Shown: positions 27,754 to 40,159 of the stretch, one piece after another | Layout of the letters: each line of letters starts with the position of its first letter | Position numbering within the stretch: the first letter of the stretch is position 1 | Assembly (NCBI GenBank): GCA_030390025.1 | Contig: CM059432.1 | Coordinates: forward strand, 45,262,001 to 45,326,000 | Length of the DNA stretch: 64,000 bases | Direction: 5' to 3' | Origin: Squalus acanthias | Lineage: Eukaryota | The notes under the pieces: model-generated | Seen by the model: the letters and a program-made list of their open reading frames with translations, nothing else | The model's database searches: none | What the model was told of the DNA's origin: nothing | Translations under genes and position numbers: made by a program

Positions 27754-27900
27754 GCTGATCTGATCAATGCCAGGTAAAGTGGAGATCAGAGGCACAATCC
27801 TCCAATGTAGTGAAAGTGGCTTCATAGGTTGCAGAAACCACCTGCAAACTCCTGATAACAAAATCTCTGCACAAAATAGGCAAGGAAGGAGGTGTAAGAT

Positions 27901-28563
27901 TTTTTTTTTTTTATTCGTTTATGGGATCAGGGCGTCGCTGGCAATGCCAGCATTTATTGCCCATCCCTAGTTGCCCTTGAGAAGGTGGTGGTGAGCCGCC
28001 TTCTTGAACCGCTGCAGTCCGTGTGGTGAAGGTACTCCCACAGTGCTGTTAGGTAGGGAGTTCCAGGATTTTGACCCAGCGACGATGAAGGATCGGTGAT
28101 ATACTTTTAAGTCAGGATGGTGTGTGACTTGGAGGGGAACTTGGAGGTGGTGGTGTTCCCATGCGTCTGCTGCCTTTGTCCTTCTAGGTGGAAGAGGTCG
28201 CGGGTTTAGGAGGTGCTGCCAAAGAAGCCTTGGCGAGTTGCTGCAGTGCATCTTGTAGATGGTACACACTGCAGCCACGGTACACCGGTGGTGGAGGAAG
28301 TGAATGTTTAAGGTGGTGGATGGGGTGCCAATCAAGTGGGCTGCTTTGTCCTGGATGGTGTCGAGCTTCTTGAGTGTTGTTGGAGTTGCACTCATCCAGG
28401 CAAATGGAGAGTATTCCATCACACTCCTTACTTGTGCCTTGTAGATGGTGGAAAGGCTTTGGGGAGTCAGGAGGTGAGACACTCGCCACAGAATACCTAG
28501 CCTCTGACCTGCTCTTGTTGCCACAGTATTTATGTGGCTGGTCCAGTTTAGTTTCTGGTTAAT
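27901..28563 (-). mobile_element. LINE family B 3' fragment
   Basis: NQKLNWTSHINTVATRAGQRLG...GSKSWNSLPNS; poly(T) at 27900-27912. Confidence 0.9.
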
Positions 28564-31500
28564 GGTATGAGTATTTATGTGCTTTTTCCAGCTGTCAATT
28601 AATGAACTTGCACAATGGCTGCTGAGCTCTCGCCTTGCCTTCACAGGCGAGCTTCAGGAAGTCTGTGAATCCTGTGCACAAGCAGTAAAAGCTGAAACCT
28701 CAGGTTAAAAAGCTTCTTAAGGTTCTGTCAACGAGCTGTTAAATCCTTCAATGAGGTCGCCCGCCTCTCCCGAGCGGGAAACATGCCTTTGTTAAAGGCG
28801 GATGTCGGCGGGTTCCCGAAGCGCAGTCAATTTTGGCGCTTTTAACTGCTGACTCTTTCGCAAACCTGCTCTCTCTGCAATGTAAACATTCCAGCCAGCC
28901 TGTCCAGTTCAAAATCACCCTGAGCATAGCTATGGGAACTGGGAAATACAACAAAATAAATTCGGATATATGAAAATTTTAAGCCAATAATTGAGGAAAG
29001 CATTTTACTGTGGGTCAATAGATTGAGCTTATTCATCTTTGACCGTCAATTCAAATTGCCAAATTGAATTTTAAAGTTGCAGGTCTATAAAATGATCTAT
29101 ATCATAATTCTATACACTTTCACGGTTACATAATGATGAACCCACTTTTTTTAGGCTGATCACCCAAAACACGCTAAGTACTATGATGATAAAAGGCTCT
29201 ATGAGTCATTCTACCAGTATGAATCATTGCAACAAGATAATTATATTGTGAATTTTAGCCTGTGCTTAGAAAGTAAGAGAAACATTACCTGTGTGGGAGG
29301 TGGAAGTGTAGGTCCAAAGTGGGAGACTCTCACTCAGAGTGGGAGTATTAGCATATGTGTATATTTGACAATAAAATTGAAAGGACATGTTCAAGATTTG
29401 AGTATTATCATTTTAATATAGGACCCATTACTTGTCAGAATTTGCAATGTTGCCTTTTATTAATAAAGGTTAAAAATTCACTTTAAGTATAAAGCTTTCC
29501 AGTCCATACATACAAGCATTATTTTAATGGCAGATGACTCAGATCACACTCTTAGAAAGTCTAATCAGTTAATTATATATGTACATGTCTCAGTTTAATG
29601 CCTCATTATTCACCTTAGAATCTAGTTACTAAAAATCTTTTTAATTTCTTTAACCTGTTTTTGTAAATATGAAATATACTTTTATTAAATATTGTTGTTT
29701 TGGTTAAAAAACACATTTCACCCGTACATTGCAGGCAGCCAATCAGTTGTCACGAGTAACTCTAGTAATGTATTACTAGTGTTACATATTAAAATTGATA
29801 CTTTAGAATTAAAGAATAGTAAAATGCTTTAAATTATTTCAGCTGTACCTGACTTCTATTTTTTCTTCTATTTTGACTTCTTTATCATTCTCACCCTTCT
29901 AGTTTTACTACTTTAGCTTTAATTTCACTTTATTTCTTTTAAGTTTAAATATTTGGGCCCTGAATTTTCTTGCATTTTGCAACAAGTTTGGGCATTAGTA
30001 CAGAGTACCAGCAATATTTATGATGCATTTTAGGGTACGACCCATTCCTGCTGGGTTTTAGGACATTTTTTCTACATTAAAGACAATGAGGGTAATTTTG
30101 ACTTTGTGCGACTGTGTAAAACAGCTGATAGCAAGTCGGCAGCCCATTTCACATCTCTCCTGATTTTTAGTTCGATTCACTTCTAAATTACCCCCACTAT
30201 ATAAATGTCGAGTAGTTTATGACATGATCAGGAGTTCCACAATGATATTACTGCCTTGTAATTGTTCCCAGGCATCCCCTGCTCACTAAAGAATTTTGTG
30301 AAATATCAGTTAAATAGATGAGCTTTGAGTCAAAGGGCTTTCTCTGCATACAAAATACAGGGTGGAAATTGGTTAGGACCCGTTGGCAGGTCAATAACCA
30401 GCGTCGTGCCGACAGCAGATGCCCCAACCGGGAGGCTTGAGGCCGGCTGGAAATTGGTGCTCTGGCTTCATTATCATTTTCTGCACAAGCTGCCAGCATC
30501 TGTCGCGCCTCCACAGGCAGCTTGTCCATTTGAAGAGGGCAATTGTAGGGCCGCTTGCCTTGCTGGCAGCTGACCAAAGATAAGTCCTGGGAGGAGGGTT
30601 GGAGTGGGTAACTTGGTGGCGGGGGTGGTTGGGGGCGGGGGGGTGGCGGTGGTGGCACGAGGACTGTGGAGTCAGAAGAACACAGGAATGCTTTTTAAAA
30701 TCTCTTTTTTAAATTTAATCTTTTAATCTTACTTTTGTTGCTGACCACTGAAGAATCCTGAAGCTGAAGCAGGCCTGGCACCTGTTCCTCCCATCGGAAA
30801 AAGAATTCCCAGAGGGGGTCCTTAAATAGGCGATATGCCCCTAATCTACATTTTCAAGGCGCCTATGCCTGTTTTATGCAGTCGCCCGGAACACCTAAAA
30901 AATGCGCCCGCCGATTTTAACAGTGGTCCGAATGCACACGCAGATTAGACGCGTCCCTTCCCACTGCAGAATTTCTATTCCGCTTGTCTTTTTCATGTCT
31001 TCTACAAAAATTATTTTCTTTACACTTCTAGTGACAAACATTATAAAGTACATGCATTTCTAATGCTTAAGTATGAGCAAACAGTTAAACATTGAAAGCA
31101 ACTAAACATCACAGTGATACCAAGTACCATTATTATAGCTGATTAGTTGAAAATTCCAATATTTGATTACTGCCTTCATTCATAGAAATAACAGATGTTC
31201 ATCACACATAATACTTATTAATAATTATGTGCATGGTTATTTTATTCTGAAATAAAAATGCTTTATTACAGTATAAATCTTTATGTGAAATATTGCCTGT
31301 CGTCACCTGAATGGGCTTCTCACTGGAGAGGGATGGACCATTAAATAGCCAAAATGCAATTTAACATTCAATTTTATACTATGGGGTAATTTTAACCCTA
31401 CCCACCTGGCAGAAACTGGGCGGGTAGTTAAAATTGGCTGAGAGACTTACCCGGCAATGTCTGCTCCATTCCTGTGGTCTGGATTTTAACCTGCTCTACT

Positions 31501-31576
31501 GAGAAGGTGGCAAGGGCACCCATCTGAAACCAGAGGGATCCATCTTTAAATATGGAGATCAGGCTCCAATGATGTC

Positions 31577-32300
31577 CAATGACAGGGCACTTAGAAAATA
31601 ATAATAGGATTGGGCAGAGTCAACACGGATTTATGAAAGGGAAATCATGTTTGACAAATCTGTTAGAGTTTTTTGAGTTTGCAACTAACAGAATAGATAA
31701 GGGGGAACCAGTGGATGTGGTGTATTTAGATTTTCAGAAGGCATTCAATAAAGTGCCACACGAGGTTATTAAACAAAATTAGGGCTCATCGGATTGGGGG
31801 TAATATATTAGCATAGATTGAGGATTAGTTAATGGACAGAAAACAAAGAGTAGGAATAAATGGGCCATTTTTGGGTTGGGAGGCTGTAACTAGTGGGGTA
31901 CTGCAAGGATCAGTGCTTGGGCCTCAACTATTCACAATCTATATCACTGATTTGGATGAGGGGACCAAATGTAATATATCCAAGTTTGCTGATGATACAA
32001 AGCTGGGTAGGAATGTAAGTTGTGAGGAGGATGCAAAGAGGCTTCAAGGGGATATTGACAGGCTACGTGAGTGGGCAAGAACATTGCAAATGGAATGTAA
32101 TGTGAAGTTATCCACTTTGGTAGGAAAAATAGAAAAGCAGAGTATTTTTGAAATGGTGAGAGATTGGGAAATGTTGGTGTTCAGAGGGACCTGGGTGTCC
32201 TTGTACACGAATCACTGAAAGTTAACATGCAGGTACAGCAAGCAATTAGGAAAGCAAATGGTATGTTGGCCTTTATTACAAGAGGATTTGAGTATAAGTG
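31577..32300 (+). mobile_element. CR1 LINE RT fragment
   Basis: QSQHGFMKGKSCLTNLLEFF, SGVLQGSVLGP, KFADDTKLG. Confidence 0.9.
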
Positions 32301-32306
32301 TCTTAC

Positions 32307-32562
32307 TTTTTTTTTTATTTGTTCATGGGATGTGGGCATCACTAGCAAGGCCAGCATTTATTGCCTATCCCTAATTGCCCTTGAGAAGGTGGTGGTGAGC
32401 CGCCTACTTGAATTGCTGCAGTCCGTGTGGTGAAGGTACTCCCACAGTGCTGTTAGGGAGGGAGTTCCAGGATTTTGACCCAGCGACGATGAAGGAACGA
32501 CGATATACTTCCAAGTCAGGTTGGTGTGTGACTTGGAGGGGAACTTGGAGGTGGTGGTGTTC
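32307..32562 (-). mobile_element. LINE family B 3' end
   Basis: Poly(T) followed by the reverse complement of the family B tail. Confidence 0.85.
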
Positions 32563-34168
32563 CACAAGAACATAAGAACATAAGAAATAAGAGCAGGAAT
32601 AGGCCATACAGCCCCTCAAGCCTGCTCGGCCATTCAATAAGATCATGGTTGATCATCGACCTCAACTCCACTTTCCCGCCCGACCTCCATATCCCTTGAT
32701 TCCCCTAGAGTCCAAAACTCTATCTATCTCAGCCTTGAATATACGCAAAGACTCAGCATTCACAGCCCTCTGGGGCAGAGAATTCCAAAGATTCACAAGC
32801 CTCTGAGTGAAGAAATTCCTCCTCATCTCAGTCTTAAATGGCCTACCGCTTATCCTGAGACTATGCCCCCTAGTTCTAGACACTCCAGCCATGGGAAAAA
32901 ACCTCTCAGCATCTACCCTGTCAGTCTCCTTCAGAATCTTGTAGGTTTCAATGAGATCACCGCTCCAGAGAATATAGGCCCATTCTTCTCAATTTCTCAT
33001 TATAGGACAGCCCTCTCATCCCAGGAATCAATCTAATGAACCTTCGTTGCACCGCCTCCAAGGCAAGTATATCCTTCCTTAGATAAGGAGACCAAAACTG
33101 TGCACAGTACTCCAGGTGTGGTCTCACCAAGGCCCTGTACAATTGTAGCAAGACTTCCTTACTCTTGTACTCCAACCCCCTTGCAATAAAGGCCAACATG
33201 CCATTTGCCTTCCTTATTGCTTGCTGTACCTGAATGCTAGCTTTCTGTGTTTCTTGCACGAGGACAGCCAAATCTCGCTGAACACCAACATTTGAAAGTT
33301 TCTCACCATTTAAAAAATATTCTGTTTTTCTATTCTTCCTACCAAAGTGAATAACCTCACATTTCCCTACATTATACTCCATCTGTCACCTTACTGCCCA
33401 CTCACTTAGTCTATCTATACCCCTTTGCAGACTCTTTGGCTGGATTTTGTCTTGGGGTCGGGTTGGGGTCGTGTGATCCACATTTTGTGTTGCCCCCCCG
33501 ACTCCAGATTAATGTGGATGAATGATGCAATTTTCACTTAATTGGGCAATTGAGTTCCAGCATGTGGGAACCCATGAACCAATTAGTGGTTTCAGTCTGA
33601 AAGTCGCCTCTGATGATGTCATCATTGCAGAGACTGCCTGGTCTCAGAGATTGCCTGGCCTTTGCTGTGAGTGGACCTGCCTGGCTTTTGGTGGACCTGG
33701 ATGCAAAATGAGCAAAGGAGAGAGAGAGAGAGCGAGAGAGAGTGAGAGTGAGAGAGAGAGAGCGAGAGATAAACCTAATACTACTACGTTCATCACATCT
33801 CCATTGTAAAAGTGGACCTGTAACTGATAGTCAGCTACCCACTTGTGCTCCCGCCAGGTTTCACTGGAGTGTTTCACATCAGGCGTACTTCACGTCGGAA
33901 AAGGGTTAAACTAGCTAAAACGTTTCAAAATGGCATTACAGAGCCAATTTAGGGCTTGTTAAGGGCTTTAATAGCCTTTCCCGCCTCTTGGGGACGGAGT
34001 CGGGAACCCCGCGACTGATTTTGTCAAAATTGCGTGGAGGCGGGATGGGGTCGGGACCCCCGTCTGCAACTTTAACCCCCCCCACACGCCTCCAAACCCG
34101 ACTCTACGGGTCATTGAAAATCCAGCCCTATGTGTTCTCCTCACAGCTTACTGTCCCACCTAGCTTTG
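32563..34168 (-). mobile_element. CR1 LINE 3' part, interrupted by a MITE at ~33438-34128
   Basis: MEYNVGKCEVIHFGRKN...VRPHLEYC; (TTCTTATG)n tail at ~32565-32590; resumes at 34129. Confidence 0.9.
33438..34128. mobile_element. MITE (Harbinger-type TIRs) with internal (GA)n
   Basis: GGCTGGATTTT ... AAAATCCAGCC; cleanly interrupts the CR1; related sequence at ~1943. Confidence 0.7.
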
Positions 34169-34722
34169 GCTTGAAAGGGTAGATGCAGGGAGGATGCTTC
34201 CCCTGACTGGGGAGTCTAGAACCAGGGGTCACAGTCTCAGAATAAGGGGTCGGCCATTTAGGACTGAGGTGAGGAGAAATTTCTTCACTCAGAGGGTGGT
34301 GAATCTTTGGGCTGTGGAGGCTCAGTCATTGAGTATATTTAATGGCCATGATGCGGAGATGCTGGTGTTGGACTGGGGTGGACAAAAATGAGAAGTCGCA
34401 CAACACCAGGTTATAGTCCAACAGTTTTATTTGAAATCACGAGCTTTTGGAGCGCTGCTCCTTCGTCAGGTAAAGACGAAGGAGCAGCGCTCTGAAAGCT
34501 CGTGATTTCAAATAAAACTGTTGGACTATAACCTGGTGTTGTGCGACTTCTCATTTGAGTATATTTAAGACAGATCGATAGATTTTTGGATATTCAGGGA
34601 ATCAAGGGATATGGGGATAGTGCAGGAACGTGGAGTTGAGGTAGAAGATCAGCCATAATCTTATTGAATGGCGGAGCAGGCTTGAGGGGCCGAATGGCCT
34701 AATCCTGCTCCTATTTCTTATG
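34169..34722 (+). mobile_element. CR1 LINE 3' end, interrupted by a fold-back element
   Basis: GESRTRGHSLRIRGRPFRTEVRRNFFTQRVVNLW; 3' UTR ...CCTGCTCCTATTTCTTATG. Confidence 0.85.
34343..34554. mobile_element. Penelope-like (PLE) terminal fold-back element
   Basis: ~80-bp inverted arms; 14-bp TSD TTGAGTATATTTAA (34329-34342 / 34555-34568); degenerate hammerhead cores; same family as 60267-60937. Confidence 0.7.
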
Positions 34723-36394
34723 CCATCAGGGGCCAACTTCTATTTTAACCAGTGCCTTAGCGACAAATCATGGAGTGGAAGGAGCTGGACCAGAAGAGGC
34801 CCAAAGAGTTAAGTTTTTTAAAACTTTTTTGACTTTCCTTATGGGGCCAGAAGGAGCAGGAATGCTCCTCCGGGCCTTGCATGGAAACCTTAGGTCTCCC
34901 CTGTCCTGGGCTTCGCCCCTTCCTGATCACGAGACCCCTCCTGAAACCTCCTCCCCGTGACTGACATGAGTGCCAGGTACCATTCCTTTGGTGGCCTCCA
35001 GCTGTCCAACATTCTACTCTCGCCCACCAGCCAGCTGCAACTTCCTACAGATTTTTGACATGCGACTGATCAATGGTATACTTATGAAGCCCAGGAATTA
35101 AAAACTCCAGGCCTCACACTGCCTTGGCCCCTACCCACCCTATTCCCACTCCGGGTTAATATCGGGCCTCATATTTCAATCCCACATAGGATAAATACAT
35201 TTGCAGTAAAATGTATGCTGTACAGTGTGTGTTTATTAAAACATTTAACAAAGGTTAAATTGAAGTTGCCAGTTCTCTTTATGAGTTTTGGGTTTATTCC
35301 AGAGTAAAATTTGGAATGATAAACACTGATCATTAATTTTATATTTCTTTTTGGCAAGGATCCTCTTACTGAAAGAAAGAAATGTCAATAGCTGCTCCCA
35401 GATATAATATTTATCTTCTTGATCGCAAGAAGAATGATTTGACGGCCTGGGAAGTCATATCACATTCTTTTCCCTCTCCTCTACTGGATTGACTCAATAT
35501 TAGATTGACTCCCTGTGGAACACCAGTCCTATAATTTGAGAGAAAACACAATTAGCAGCACATGATTATGTTTTCAAACAGGGATAATTAACTAGAACTA
35601 AATAGCATTGTCTTGTCACCTTTTTGTTTATTACTCTCTAAGTGTACATCAAAGATAAATTTTACAACATTGTTTTGAAAATCTACAGTCGCATATTGGG
35701 CATATTACAGTCCCTGTGTTTCTCCACAGGTGCTATAAATATATAAAGCTCTTTTATGTTAACACCAGATGTAAAACCAAGTGCAATGTGCTTTCATGAG
35801 AGTGTTGCATGATTGAAGTGGTAACTTGGTGGAGTGGCACTGGTGAGTAGATATAGGTTCACACTCGTGATTCTGTTCCTGTTGAGTTTTCAGTCTTGGT
35901 CCATGTTGTCAGGAAGAGGTAGAACTTTCTAGCTGTTACTCCAGAGAGAAATGTGGAGAAAACCAAAAGGTTTAACCATGGGTTTATTTCATGTCCCTTC
36001 AGGTGTTTGGTTATAGAATATCTGTAGAAATTATCTGGGAGCACAATGCCTGTCAATATCATGACATTGAATATGCTATGTAGGGCAGAAATTGAAAAAA
36101 AATTACTGGAACAATTGGGGGTGATACTCAATGACTGCGAGAAACAACAATAAGTGCAAACAACTACAAATGTATGCAAAGATCTGGGGGAGAGTGTCCC
36201 CCAACTCATGAAAGTTTATTTTCTTTTTTCTGCTTTAGGTTTTAAACCACCTAATAAGGAAGGACACTTGGGTAAATATTCTGAATTGAAGGTAGCTCAT
36301 CTGCCACCATCAGATATTGGAAAATCGCAGGTATGTTGCTCACGATTTTCCAAACGTTCTGTACCTTGCCACTAGTGCTGACTTGGAAGATTTA

Positions 36395-37176
36395 GGGGGC
36401 TAAATTCAGTTACGCCCCGTTTGGGAGCGGTAACCAAATTAGCACCTCATATTTAGCGCCCGGGGTGGGAGTACTGCCCCGGCTGCTAAATTGGGCTTAC
36501 TGCCCCAGCGAGGAAGCGGAGCGCTATCTCGGGAGCTCCATTTCCTCTCGGGGCAGTGCGTGGGGCGCAAAGCGCGGTAGCGTCGGAGTGCTACGCAGCC
36601 GCTCCGCATAGCACTGATGTGTTTCAGCGCCCCTCCCCTTCCGTAAAAGGGGAGGGCCACTGCGCACCCTGCAGGCTGTTTGATGGCCTCCACTAGCCCA
36701 CCAGCGCGGCGTGGTGCCGCGACCACAGCCTGGCACCGAGACACTGTGCTGGACGGCGCGATGGCGGCCACAGACCACGCCAAGGGCCGCCACGAGGGGC
36801 CAAAATAAAAAATATCGGCGGGGGCGCAGCTGGACCGCCCCTTTAATTTGCGCCCTGCCAGCGGTGTGAGGCCCAGCTCGCAACCCATAAGGTTGTCGCT
36901 GACATCGCCCGCAGCAGCCTTGCAGGGCACAGCTGAATTTCGGCGGTCGAGCGCTAAGGGGTCGTGTCACTCGGCGATTACGTCATCGCCGGCGGCGCAG
37001 CAACCCGGGGCTCTACTGGCGGGGGCGCGCCGCTATCAGATAGCCCCTCAGTAGCACCTCGCCGAATTTCTCGGCGGGCGCTATTAGCGCCCCCGCCCAG
37101 GCGATAAATCCTTTGCGCCCCGATAGCACCCCCGGAGGCATTAACAGTGGGCGCAAAGGAGGCGAAGTTCGCCCCC
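36395..37176. mobile_element. CpG-rich MITE, PIF/Harbinger type
   Basis: TTA|GGGGGCTAAATTC ... GAAGTTCGCCCCC|TAA. Confidence 0.7.
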
Positions 37177-37375
37177 TAATTAATCTATCTTATCAGGGGT
37201 ACAGTAGCATCGTGGTTATGTTATTGGCTGAAAGGTATGTTTCTGTGAGTATGACTATGTCAGGCTGTTGCTTGACTAGTCTGTGGGACAGCTCTCCCAA
37301 TTTTAGCACAAGTCCCCAGATGTCCCCAGTAATCCAGAGGCTGGGACTAAAAATCCGAAGACATGACCTATATGT

Positions 37376-37772
37376 TTTTTTTTAATTCATTCATGGGATG
37401 GGGACACCACCGGCAAGGCCAGCATTTATTGCCCACCCCTAATTGCCCCGAAAAGGTGGCAGTGAATATGACTGAGAGGCTTGCTAGACCATTTCAGAGG
37501 GCAGTTAAGAGTTAACCACATTGCTGTGGGTTTGGAGTCACATACAGGCCAGACCAGCAGATTTCCTTCCCTAAAGGACATTAATGAACCAGATGGGTTT
37601 TTACAACAATCCGGTAGTTTCATGGTCACCATTACTGTTAGTAGCTTTTTATTCCAGATTTATTGAACTGAATTTAAATTCCCTAGCTGCCATGGTGGGA
37701 TTTGAACTCATGTTTCTGGATCATTAGTCCAGGTCTCTGGATTACTAGTTCAGTAACTGTGCTACTGTACTC
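37376..37772 (-). mobile_element. tRNA-headed short element (SINE-like) sharing 5' UTR and 3' tail with LINE family B
   Basis: Minus strand: GTACAGTAGCAC...GAGTTCAAATCCC head, segment matching 37786-37823, then the family B 3' tail and poly(A). Confidence 0.7.
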
Positions 37773-38066
37773 TATATGTGACACACAGCAATGTGGTTGA
37801 CTCTTAACTGCCCTCTGAAATGGACACTCAGTTGTACCAAACCACTACCAAGAAGTATACTAAGAATAAAACCGGACGGATCACCCGGCATCAACCTAGG
37901 CACCGGACATGACAAAGGCACACCCAGCCAAGTCGACCTTGCAAATTCCTCCTCACTAACATCTGGGGACTTGTGCTAAAATTGGGAGCACTGTCCCGCA
38001 GACCAGTCAAGCAACAGCCTGACAGTCATACTCACAGAAACATACCTTTCAGCCAATGTCCCAGAC

Positions 38067-39733
38067 TGTAAGGGATTCCTGACCCTGCGTGTCTCGCAGC
38101 CTGTGAGATTCACGCGGCTCTGTGCAGCCTGTATGTCAGTGCGGGTCTAGGCCTGGTTGCCTGTTCTGGTCTCCAGCCAGTCTGGGAACACTAGACACAC
38201 CTGTGAGTGGTTCGAATCACTCTCCCTTACGGTTCTAGACACTGGACTTAGATGCGAGAGCAGTAATGGAGATAAAACTCATGTAGACTCGGTTTGAATG
38301 GTACGAAATGGAAAATCTTTATTGCATGATACTTAAAATTATGAAATACATGTCATAAGCACAGATTAATGACAGTACAATCTTACAAACAGTCATATAG
38401 TCGATCTTAGGGAAACGAGGAACGAACGGCACAAAGTAAATAGGGGCACACATTACAAATATCCTTAATCCTTAAACCCTCCCCTATCAATATCTATCCT
38501 AAACTAGATTCGTAGGATCTCGAGACTCATGCTCACCACTCGTGATAACTCGGAGAAATTCCGAATAGCTGATCGGATGTTTTTCACCGCAGCACCCACG
38601 TGTCGGTCAGGAGATCTCCTGGTCCCACTTGTTTACTTGCTTCTGCTGCTTCGGCTAGTAGGCTGGACCGTCTGCTGTGATGAAGACCTCTGTTGGTGGG
38701 TTTCACAGATCAGTCAATATCTCAAAGGAGAATCTTCCGGGGTCCGTTCTTTAAAGTTCAAAGAAGTCTTCCTGGCAAGGAGAAACTTGGCTGATCGACC
38801 TACAGGCGCGGTCGGGATTTACTGACCGTGGCGATGGATATGGTCTTCTTCTCTTCTCCTCTCATCTCATCTCATCTCATCTCATCTCGGGCCTTTGGTT
38901 CCGCTGCCAGTTACCAACATAGGTCTTCGTTACGCGACACGAGGTAGATCCGAACGGATCAGAAAGTTCAACAGTCTTTTCAGAAGAGGCAACAGGCAAG
39001 CAGAAGCCCAACTACGAGTACACAGGAGCAGCCACGAGGTTACGAATCGACCGGATAAAACACAGGAGCAAGCGAGCGAACGCAGGAGCAAGAGCAAGAG
39101 AGAGAATGGACGGTTTGGAGCCTGCAATTATAATGCAAAAATCTTCCGTTTCCCGCCCAACTATAATGTCCATTCTTTTGTTTAGGGTTTGGCGCCCAAA
39201 TGTCTTGTATGGGTGATCTCCGTTCTTAATGGGTTTCGGGGCTACTCATGAATGTTTGAGTACCTGTTAATATTTCTCCCATTGTTAAATCGGTCGGTGT
39301 TCTCCCTGGAGGGGTTTGGGGCTTCCAAGTGTCCTGTATAACTACCTGCTAACGGCTCTCTCATCGTAGAGTCGTTGGGAGTTTACATATTAATGTCCTT
39401 TGGATGGGCCCTTGAGTACTCGGTACAATGGCTTTCCTTTGTACCTGGGAGACCGATTCCAGTATCTATGTTTATACTGCAAACCCATAATGTCTCGTGT
39501 ATTATCTTCACTGTGCTGAATCGTTATCGATCTTGCACAAATGTTTAATGGAACGCCATCTTGTCTGCCTGTTGAAAAGTCTAGAATGTTCTGTCACGAG
39601 GTGCGGCGGCCATTTTACAGGCTGCTTGTGTCCAATTTAAACCTGCCAGCATTCTGCTGAAATAAAAGCTGTTTGAACGAAACTTTGTGTTTTCTCCTTA
39701 TTAATCAAATCGCGATATATTGCGAATTCTACA
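38067..39733 (-). repeat. 3' LTR (1,667 bp)
   Basis: Direct repeat of 44656-46322 (constant offset 6,589); TGTA...TACA ends; (TCTCA)n inside; minus-strand AATAAA at 38318-38323. Confidence 0.97.
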
Positions 39734-39745
39734 GTCCCTCCTGTT
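39734..39745 (-). other. Polypurine tract (plus-strand primer)
   Basis: Minus strand AACAGGAGGGAC directly abutting the TGT of the 3' LTR. Confidence 0.75.
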
Positions 39746-40159
39746 GATGCGAATAACTCCGCTTATCGTATCAAAAATCACAGTGGTGAGCAATCTTATC
39801 TCGATTTCACTCCGAATCCAGTAAATTAATCCCATAATTTTTAACTTAACTAGGGTCTCTGTGTCGTCCTTATTTCCCAAGAAAATCACATTTTATATCA
39901 CCGTAGGCATCATTTGCCCTTAAACTTACACCACTTGTTTTCCTTCCCGGCGTAACCAGGCCGATACCTCACGCATCACCTGTATATTTGTCTTTTATTC
40001 AGGGAAAGGAAAAAAAACAAAACCCAAAACCAAACAATCAACACCATCACCAAAATAATCAAACCCCAACTCTTAAAACATGTCGAGTTTCCAACGTATT
40101 TACAATGAGTACAAACTTCCGCGGCGCACGCGGCGAGCGGGAGTGACGCCATTTTCCGA

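Larger units (their letters stand above)
24430..28830. mobile_element. Second degenerate two-gene Harbinger transposon (ends approximate)
   Basis: Spliced Myb/SANT gene (+) convergent with a transposase ORF (-); LINE insertion at 27901-28563. Confidence 0.85.

Noticed and set aside
26761..27861. Host HARBI1 gene
   Set aside because: Truncated, paired with a disrupted Myb gene and multi-copy in the window; it is a transposon, not the domesticated gene
36439..37054. Overlapping 150-160 aa ORFs in a GC-rich segment
   Set aside because: Expected by chance at high GC inside a TIR-bounded element; no domain
38529..39185. Plus-strand ORFs of 98 and 96 aa duplicated at 45118-45774
   Set aside because: They are duplicated only because they lie in the LTRs; antisense, short, no recognisable domain
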